Positions 58,169 to 64,000 of a stretch of 64,000 nt of DNA are shown piece after piece; within the stretch, counting starts at the first letter, position 1, and every line of letters begins with the position of its first letter. The stretch comes from Pseudomonadales bacterium (GTDB taxonomy: Bacteria; Pseudomonadota; Gammaproteobacteria; Pseudomonadales; Azotimanducaceae). A program made the translations under genes and the position numbers. The notes under the pieces were generated by a model that saw nothing but the letters and a program-made list of their open reading frames with translations, ran no database searches and was not told the DNA's origin. Location: the NCBI GenBank assembly GCA_041739525.1, contig JBGSNQ010000165.1:14706-78705 (forward strand). Reading direction: 5' to 3'.

Positions 58169-58296
58169 CCACGACTCTCCCGTTGTTGGTCCCCGCTGAG
58201 ACCATGCCATTGCGCGCGCCCAAAGACCAGAACGCGTTGAGTTGCGCACGACATCTGGATCATGATCGATGCGCATTCGGCAACGGGGAGAAAAGC

Positions 58297-59127
58297 ATGC
58301 GTCTCGAAGGCACCGTCGCAATGATCACCGGTGGTGCATCCGGTTTGGGGCGCGCGGTGGCGGAGCGCTTCGTCGCCGAAGGCGCACGCGTCGTCATACT
58401 CGATCGCTCGGAAGCACGCATCGCCGAACTCGTTGCGAAGTATCCCGACCGGGTACGCGGCATCGCGGGCGACGTGCGCGATCTCGCGGCGAACAAACGT
58501 GCGGTTGCGGATGCAGTGGCCGCATTCGGGCGCCTCGACGTGCTCGTTGCAAACGCGGGTATCTGGGACTACGGCTGCGCGCTGGTCGATCTGCCGGAGG
58601 ACCGCATCGACGAAGCATTCGACGAACTGATCGGCATCAACGTGAAAGGCTATCTTCTCGCGGCCAAAGCGGCGCAAGGCGCGCTGGTGGAATCGAAAGG
58701 TTCAATGATATTCACCGTGTCGAATGCCGGCTTCTTTCCTGACGGCGGCGGCCCGTTGTACACCGCTTCGAAACACGCTGCGGTTGGGCTGATCCGGCAA
58801 CTCGCGTTCGAATGCGCGCCACACGTGCGCGTCAACGGCGTTGCGCCGGGCGCAATCGCGACGGACCTGCGAGGCCCGCGCGCGCTCGACATGGCAGATC
58901 GCTCGATCGGCAGCGTGCTGAAACCGGAGATGATGAAAGGCGGATTACCGATCGACCGGCTTCCGGTGCCGGAGGACTACGCGGCAGCGTTCGTGTTTCT
59001 TGCCGCACGCGGCGAGTCCAGTCACGCGACGGGCAGCATCATCAACATCGATGGTGGTTTCGCGGCGCGTGGCGTGAGTCGTGTGCGTGGAGGCGACGCG
59101 TTGCCGGAGGTGTTCGGCGCGAAATAG
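58297..59127 (+). CDS. SDR, cis-dihydrodiol dehydrogenase type (BphB/HcaB-like)
   Basis: ITGGASGLGRA...NAGIWDY...INVKGY...SNAGF.P.GGGPLYTASKHA.VGL.RQ.AFE.AP.VRVNGVAPG. Closely parallels the BphB sequence as I recall it. Confidence 0.8.
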   Translation: MRLEGTVAMITGGASGLGRAVAERFVAEGARVVILDRSEARIAELVAKYPDRVRGIAGDVRDLAANKRAVADAVAAFGRLDVLVANAGIWDYGCALVDLPEDRIDEAFDELIGINVKGYLLAAKAAQGALVESKGSMIFTVSNAGFFPDGGGPLYTASKHAAVGLIRQLAFECAPHVRVNGVAPGAIATDLRGPRALDMADRSIGSVLKPEMMKGGLPIDRLPVPEDYAAAFVFLAARGESSHATGSIINIDGGFAARGVSRVRGGDALPEVFGAK

Positions 59128-59244
59128 AACAGTGCGGCTCAGGAGAACTGTTGGGCTGTCACTCGGCTTGAAGGCGCCTGCATCGAACCAGACGCCCTCG
59201 TAACCTGGGCATGGCAATCGCGTCACGCATTTGGAGTCAGACTC

Positions 59245-59652
59245 ATGAGCACTGAAACTGAAGCACTCAAACAGTTCTTCGCCGCAATCAATCGCAATGA
59301 CATGCAGGCCATTATGAAGGACTTCGATCCTCAGGTTGTGCGCATTGAGCCGGAAGGTTTTCCAACGGCCGGCACCTACCGGGGTATCACGGAAGTGCAA
59401 GCGCACGTCGCGAAAGGCCGTGGTACGTGGGCGGAAGGGGCCTGCGAGCCGGAAAGGTTCCTGCTGAATGGAGATAAGGTGGTCGTGTACCTCCATGTTC
59501 GGGTTCGCCTAAAGGACGCAACCGATTGGGTTGACGGACGATTTGCCGATGGTTTCGTGTTCCGCAACGGCAAGATCATCCAATATCTGTCCTTTGGGGA
59601 ACGAGCGGATGCCCTCGAGTGGGCCGACATCGAAGAGCAGCAGGCGACTTGA
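59245..59652 (+). CDS. SnoaL-like/NTF2-fold protein
   Basis: 135 aa. ...LKQFFAAINRNDMQAIMKDFDPQVV... is the typical N-terminus of the SnoaL/ketosteroid-isomerase-like fold. GGAG RBS upstream. Confidence 0.7.
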   Translation: MSTETEALKQFFAAINRNDMQAIMKDFDPQVVRIEPEGFPTAGTYRGITEVQAHVAKGRGTWAEGACEPERFLLNGDKVVVYLHVRVRLKDATDWVDGRFADGFVFRNGKIIQYLSFGERADALEWADIEEQQAT

Positions 59653-59661
59653 GACCGCACA

Positions 59662-60021
59662 CTACTCCTTCTCTGTAACGAGATGGACTATCGACGATGG
59701 ACTGGTGAGCCAGAATCCCGGGTAATCCTTCGGAAGTGGTTCGACCCCATCGCAGCGCACGAAATCCGCTTGTTCGATGTATCCTGCAGCCGCCTTCGCG
59801 TCAGGCACTATCAACTCCAGCCAGATCTCCGCGTGGCCAAGGTTTGCGACACTGTCTACGTGTAGGTTCATGGGACCGAATTGAAACGTAACGCTTGCTG
59901 GAGATCGCTCGAGTATCGGAATGCCCAGCCGAACATAGCTCTCAACAGTTGCATCAAACTGATGAGCCGGAACCTTCATCGCGATGTTCCTGCCCCCTCT
60001 GAATGCGGGCTTTTCATGCAT
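59662..60021 (-). CDS. VOC (glyoxalase/bleomycin-resistance-fold) family protein
   Basis: ~119 aa from MHEKPAF. The beta-alpha-beta-beta-beta-like pattern is assigned only by general resemblance. Confidence 0.5.
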   Translation of the reverse strand: MHEKPAFRGGRNIAMKVPAHQFDATVESYVRLGIPILERSPASVTFQFGPMNLHVDSVANLGHAEIWLELIVPDAKAAAGYIEQADFVRCDGVEPLPKDYPGFWLTSPSSIVHLVTEKE

Positions 60022-60157
60022 GTTGCGTACCTCTTCTTGTTCGCCTAGCAACTAGGGCGAGGGGCCAGTACTACGCTCTGCACATCCTGACTTGATGACC
60101 GACTCGGCACGGCTGTTGCGGCGGCCACGCGGAGCCTTGTTGTGGTCCGGTCCACGT

Positions 60158-60658
60158 CTAGTTGCCTTCATCAGGCTGAAATGCGGATGACGAAAGAAAA
60201 TCCACGTTTTTCGCGCTCCCATGCTCGAACAACTCCGCCGCTTCCAGGATTGCAGCGACCTCTGCGGGCGAGTACTGCGCATCGAAGGAGTCGCGCATCT
60301 CGCTCACGTTGCACTCCTTGCGATGTAGGCATGCCAGGTAGCCCCAAGTCTCTCCGACGACGTCGCTCGAGCCCGAACCCTCGGCGGGGTACCTGTAAGA
60401 GAACATGTATGCCGCCTCGTACAACCTAAAGTCGGACGTCACCCGATCGTCCAATTCGTCAGGTGAGAACTGGTCCAACTGTCCCGACCAAGCTACGTCG
60501 TCCTGATTCGCGTATTGATCCCAATCTTGGTACGACCCTACCGGCGCGCAAGTCTCAATTGTCTCCGCGATGATCAGCATGCTTGCCGCATCACCACTTT
60601 CCGCGCGGAGGATGTGAGCATCGAATTTCGCTTTTAGATCGTAGTGCGCGGCACCCAA
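60158..60658 (-). CDS. hypothetical acidic protein (start uncertain; possibly the 3' part of a frameshifted secreted-protein gene)
   Basis: 166-aa ORF with only a TTG start. Its frame is open upstream to ~60745 without a start codon. The overlapping ORF 60634-60858 encodes a signal-peptide-like N-terminus in another frame. Confidence 0.4.
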   Translation of the reverse strand: MGAAHYDLKAKFDAHILRAESGDAASMLIIAETIETCAPVGSYQDWDQYANQDDVAWSGQLDQFSPDELDDRVTSDFRLYEAAYMFSYRYPAEGSGSSDVVGETWGYLACLHRKECNVSEMRDSFDAQYSPAEVAAILEAAELFEHGSAKNVDFLSSSAFQPDEGN

Positions 60659-60889
60659 TGATGCCTGCTGCAGTTCCTGACCTCCGCAGTCGAATCGGGA
60701 GGTCGGGCGACGTTCACCGGCCTTGGAATCTGAACATGATTCTGCGGCTCAGTGACTTCGTACGAATCCTGGTCATTTTGGATTCCAACGATCTGCTCGT
60801 GTACTGGCACGAGCACGCCGCCGATCAACAGAAGTCCAACCAGCCACTTGTATTGCATCGAAGGATACTTGTGAAAACAGATTTGATGA

Positions 60890-60923
60890 TCGCTGGGGCG
60901 TCGCCTGCATGCAGCCGTTAGGC
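60890..60923 (-). other. attC-like L'-R' half-site (third copy; partner half unclear)
   Basis: GGGGCGTCGCCTGCATGCAGCC-GTTAGGC aligns with the same end of the sites at 61350-61447 and 61970-62067. The GTTAGGC core overlaps the stop codon of the 4-TM ORF. Confidence 0.35.
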
Positions 60924-61331
60924 GGCTCTCCTTGACGTCTTACTAGAAGGCTCACCCGAAAAAAACGAGATCAGCCCACAGATCAGCCCGATGACTGCAA
61001 CAACATCGAGTGCCCCAATCCAAATGGTGAGCTCGAGATGCGGAATCGGACCATTCGTTGGGCGATCGAGAAGCTCGACGTGGCCCATGAAGCTGTAGGT
61101 GAACAGTGCGATTGTGAGTATCCATGTGGCAATCAGCAGGATTCGTGCAAACGAGCGGCCCTTTACTGAGAGATATCCAAAGAGCACGAGCAAACCAGCA
61201 AAGAGATAGTCGAACGTGTAGCTTGTCCAATGGCCCCAATCAGCCCAGTTTCGTCGTGTTTCACCGAAGACGAGGAAGATACCGAAGGCGATACCGAGCC
61301 AAGCGCTGATTCTCAGGTACTTGGAATTCAT
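60918..61331 (-). CDS. small integral membrane protein (4 TM), hypothetical
   Basis: 137 aa with four hydrophobic helices. The ATG lies 18 bp after the attC-like site. Confidence 0.6.
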   Translation of the reverse strand: MNSKYLRISAWLGIAFGIFLVFGETRRNWADWGHWTSYTFDYLFAGLLVLFGYLSVKGRSFARILLIATWILTIALFTYSFMGHVELLDRPTNGPIPHLELTIWIGALDVVAVIGLICGLISFFSGEPSSKTSRRAA

Positions 61332-61349
61332 CTCAAGACCTCCCAGGGC

Positions 61350-61447
61350 CGCTAACCATCAGTATCAGGCGCGCGCGCGACAGGCGACAAGTTTGCGAGT
61401 GCAGATTGGATGACCACCTGCGGGTCGGCTGCATGCAGTGGTTGGCC
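61350..61447 (-). other. attC-like recombination site (98 bp)
   Basis: CGCTAAC...GTTGGCC ends. Imperfect internal complementarity with bulges. Both halves align with the site at 61970-62067. Confidence 0.5.
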
Positions 61448-61530
61448 GACAGATCCCGCGAACGATCCAACATGTGTCGGGGGTCGAGCGTGCACACCTG
61501 CGACAGTTGCTTGGTCCGGCCCAAACTGCA

Positions 61531-61956
61531 CTAGGCGTCATCAGCAACGATGATCGGAAGCACAGCCTCTACCAAGTCCACAACGGACAACTCAGGAAGC
61601 GTCTGCAAAGGGTGCCATTGGCACAAGTCGGTGGTGCCGTCACTCTCGTTTCGAAGCACTCCGCCAATCAGCTTCGTGTAGTAGATGATCCGAATACCGT
61701 GAAAGGCGCGGTCAGGCGTTTCATCAGTGATGGAGTCGATGCCCGCCAAACTGACAGCGGCAACGATCAAGCCAGTCTCCTCCTCAACCTCCCGAACCAT
61801 TGCCGCCTCGGGGTGCTCGCCGAAGTCAATGCCACCGCCGGGAAGCGTCCACATCCCCGCTTCTGGCACACGGTCTGAGAGTCGGCAAAGCAGAAGATGG
61901 TCGTTGTCTATCACAAGACCGTACGCAGAGATTCGGGTGACGTTTAGTTTGGCCAT
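61531..61956 (-). CDS. NUDIX hydrolase
   Basis: Nudix box GGGIDFGEHPEAAMVREVEEETGL. 141 aa. Confidence 0.85.
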   Translation of the reverse strand: MAKLNVTRISAYGLVIDNDHLLLCRLSDRVPEAGMWTLPGGGIDFGEHPEAAMVREVEEETGLIVAAVSLAGIDSITDETPDRAFHGIRIIYYTKLIGGVLRNESDGTTDLCQWHPLQTLPELSVVDLVEAVLPIIVADDA

Positions 61957-61969
61957 TGCGACGATCGGC

Positions 61970-62067
61970 GCCTAACAACAGAGTTGAGCGGCACGCCAGA
62001 CAGGCGGCAGATTCGGATATGCGAATTTGACGACTGTCTGCGCGTCGGCATCATGCAAAGGTTAGGC
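61970..62067 (-). other. attC-like recombination site (98 bp)
   Basis: GCCTAAC (61970-61976) and GTTAGGC (62061-62067) are perfect reverse complements matching RYYYAAC/GTTRRRY. Inner arms pair with single-base bulges (..TTGA-GCGGCACGC-CAGACAG.. vs ..CTGTCTGCGCGTCGGCATCAT..). Central ATTCG-gatatg-CGAAT. Confidence 0.6.
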
Positions 62068-62155
62068 GAACCTACCTCAGAGCACCCCATCCGAACTTCC
62101 TCGCCCGAAAGTCGACGCTGCGCCGCCTATCTTCGTTCGACCCGTTCGCTCGAAC

Positions 62156-63514
62156 TCAACCGTTCTTCCCCAACGCAGCAGCAACGCGCGCGCGAACCTC
62201 GGGGTCCATCAACCGCTCGAAGGGCACCAGCAAATGTCCGACTTCATTCGACAACTTGCGCAACTCCACATCGCGCGATGCCGCAATCTGAATCTGCATC
62301 CGGTACTGCATCTCTTCAGGTGTGAACATGTCGCGGTTGCCCTGCGTAGTTGGATACAGGAAGTCGTTGTAGTTGGCCTGCCGCCACGGCATTCGTGCTG
62401 CTTCCGCCGCGCGCATGAGATACGTGCGCGTCAGTTCGTCGAGCGAATCTCCCGGCGCGCGCCGCGCAAGCGTATCGAACAGTGCTTCCGCCTGTAGCGC
62501 AGCAGACGTCATGCCCTGTCCGTAGGTCGGATTGAAACTGCACAGCGCATCGCCCACCGGAATGAATCCACGCGGCAACGACTCCGATCGTTCGTAGTGC
62601 CTGAACCGGTTCGCGGGATAAATCATGCGCGCTACACCGGATAGGAACCTGGCGCCCCGTAACGCTTCGTACATCGTCGGATGCGGCAGACTCTTTGCGA
62701 ATTCGAGGAAGTCGGCTTCGTTGTCGGGCGGATAGTCGCCGGCGCGGCCGCCCAACGAGCAGATGAAGCGGCCGCCTTCGATCGGCAGCAACACCGCCCC
62801 GCGCGCGCCGACACGCGGCAGGTTGCCCATCGCAAGCGCCTTCCAGTCGCGCGTGGGATCGTCGGGCAGTTCGACGACGGCGCTCGAATAGCCGAAGTCC
62901 ACCGACACCTCTTCGACTTCCGGAAGCGGCACACCGAGCGCAGAGAGCCACCGCAGGCCGCCTTCGCCGCGCCCCGTTGCATCGATGACGAGATCGGCAT
63001 CGAGGTCCACGGTGCCGTTCTGCGTCTCCACCTTCACACCGGTGATCCGGTTGGCGGTCGCGTCGTAGTTCAATCCGCGCACGGTATTGCCGGTGCGCAA
63101 CTCGACGACGGGCGTCGATGCGAGCACGCGTTGCCGGATACAGTGTTCTAGCATCCAGCGGCTTTGGCCGTGCAGTTCCATGCCGGCGTCCCAACGCGGC
63201 GCGAAGCCGAGTTCGGATCCCGCGAGAAAATCGAGACCTGCGCGAATCGTCACCGAGCCGCTCTCTTCGATGGCGCTGCGGAAGCCGGGCAGGATCCGGT
63301 CGATGGCGTTCTCGCCGCCTTTCAACAGCATGTGCACATGATGCGACTGCGGCGTGGTGCGACGCGGCGCCGGTGAGTCGGTGAACACATCGCGTTCGAG
63401 CACGACCACTTCGACGAAATGCAGCGCAACCGCGCGTGCCGCCAGCATGCCGCCGAGACTGCCGCCGGCGATGACGGCGCGATGGCCGAGCGATTTCTGA
63501 GGTGTGTTCGTCAC
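62156..63514 (-). CDS. FAD-dependent oxidoreductase/monooxygenase
   Basis: N-terminal dinucleotide-binding AVIAGGSLGGMLAARA. ~452 aa. GTG start preceded by AGGAAG; TTG 63553 is an alternative. Confidence 0.8.
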   Translation of the reverse strand: MTNTPQKSLGHRAVIAGGSLGGMLAARAVALHFVEVVVLERDVFTDSPAPRRTTPQSHHVHMLLKGGENAIDRILPGFRSAIEESGSVTIRAGLDFLAGSELGFAPRWDAGMELHGQSRWMLEHCIRQRVLASTPVVELRTGNTVRGLNYDATANRITGVKVETQNGTVDLDADLVIDATGRGEGGLRWLSALGVPLPEVEEVSVDFGYSSAVVELPDDPTRDWKALAMGNLPRVGARGAVLLPIEGGRFICSLGGRAGDYPPDNEADFLEFAKSLPHPTMYEALRGARFLSGVARMIYPANRFRHYERSESLPRGFIPVGDALCSFNPTYGQGMTSAALQAEALFDTLARRAPGDSLDELTRTYLMRAAEAARMPWRQANYNDFLYPTTQGNRDMFTPEEMQYRMQIQIAASRDVELRKLSNEVGHLLVPFERLMDPEVRARVAAALGKNG

Positions 63515-63772
63515 TACTGCTTCCTGTGATTCGTCGATCGATTCAACTTGCAACGCGTTATAAATTCAAAGCGCCCGGCGTTATAGACCGGCCCTACACG
63601 CGAGTCAACCGTGTGCCCGATCCGGACCCGTCGGTACGGATCGACCTCCACGGCCGCCAACCTCTGCACGACCCAACGACTCGAACAAAGGGGCAACCGC
63701 ACACGATCTCGCTTCGAATCGCGTGTTTCTCTACCGTCCCACCTGCGTGACTCGCTAGAATCCGCCGCACAC

Positions 63773-64000
63773 ATGCTCGGAGTCGCGCACATGCTGCTTG
63801 CGCACCGACTGACCAGCCAAGGTCTCGAAATCGTCGACGACCCCACCGCGCTCGAAGGTGCGCTGTGGGTCGACGTGGTCGATCCTGACGACGACGAGCG
63901 CAAAATGCTCGAGAGTGTGCTTCGCCGTCCGTTCGACGACACACCCGACGCCGACGAGATCGAATCCAGCGCACGGTCGTTCGTCGACGAGTCGGGCGCC
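63773..64000 (+). CDS. CorA-like divalent-cation transporter, N-terminal fragment (runs off window)
   Basis: Open frame from the ATG to the window end. ...LWVDVVDPDDDERKMLESVL....P....EIESSARSF.E resembles the CorA/ZntB N-terminal region. The identification is tentative. Confidence 0.4.
   Translation, partial: MLGVAHMLLAHRLTSQGLEIVDDPTALEGALWVDVVDPDDDERKMLESVLRRPFDDTPDADEIESSARSFVDESGA

Larger units (their letters stand above)
59128..62155 (-). mobile_element. lower-GC integron-type gene-cassette array (no integrase in window); boundaries approximate
   Basis: Visibly lower GC than the flanks. Small unrelated ORFs are separated by attC-like imperfect palindromes with RYYYAAC/GTTRRRY cores. 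ORF starts lie 12-22 bp after each site. Confidence 0.5.

Noticed and set aside
59128-59244. Terminal attC site at the left edge of the low-GC region
   Set aside because: It contains GTTGGGC (59150-59156) and the 9-mer CGCCTGCAT shared with the site at 60890-60923. But the core-like motifs are in the wrong order (GTT... before ...AAC) and no convincing stem can be drawn. At most it is a degenerate relic.
60052-60282. 76-aa minus-strand ORF and other short ORFs in the cassette spacers
   Set aside because: They overlap better-supported ORFs or attC-like spacers, have no RBS and show no recognisable features.
63515-63772. attI site or missing integrase to the right of the cassette region
   Set aside because: There are isolated RYYYAAC-like heptamers (ATTCAAC, ACCCAAC) and a duplicated GCGTTATA motif. 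However, there is no paired attC-like structure and no tyrosine-recombinase ORF. The next gene is a corA-like transporter.

Overview
High-GC (roughly mid-60s % by eye), gene-dense chromosomal window. It looks like a Gram-negative, probably proteobacterial, environmental or hydrocarbon-degrader genome: it carries an RND efflux pump, an outer-membrane barrel, Tat and Sec signals, a PQQ dehydrogenase and a CYP153-type P450. I support about 57 protein-coding genes plus one decayed gene. Most are metabolic or accessory: amidase, two P450s, two luciferase-like oxidoreductases, SDRs, an AKR, a GST, a CoA-transferase and enoyl-CoA hydratase, and a PQQ dehydrogenase. Housekeeping genes are rlmKL, pntAB, yebC-like, ridA-like and cinA/pncC-like. 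Transport genes include an ABC exporter pair, an RND pair and MFS transporters. Regulators include a Cpx-like two-component module, two TetR regulators and an AraC. I recognised no rRNA, tRNA, CRISPR array, transposase, integrase or phage genes. Four things stand out. (1) A TlpA/ResA-like thioredoxin-fold gene just downstream of pntAB is interrupted only by an in-frame TGA at the position of the redox cysteine (WAPY-TGA-GC), with a hairpin 14 nt downstream, so it is a candidate selenoprotein. (2) A visibly lower-GC stretch (~59.1-62.15 kb) holds small ORFs (SnoaL, VOC, hypothetical, 4-TM, NUDIX) separated by ~98-bp imperfect palindromes bounded by RYYYAAC...GTTRRRY cores. This resembles an integron-type cassette array with no integrase in view. 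(3) Upstream of the yebC-like gene, two ~105-nt elements share a conserved core but have entirely different, perfectly complementary outer stems, and they sit next to a truncated, frameshifted transporter gene. (4) An array of 20-bp iteron-like tandem repeats lies in the divergent promoter of an orphan CYP153. Start codons were chosen by homology-style reasoning and RBS inspection. All functional calls come from reading motifs by eye, not from searches.
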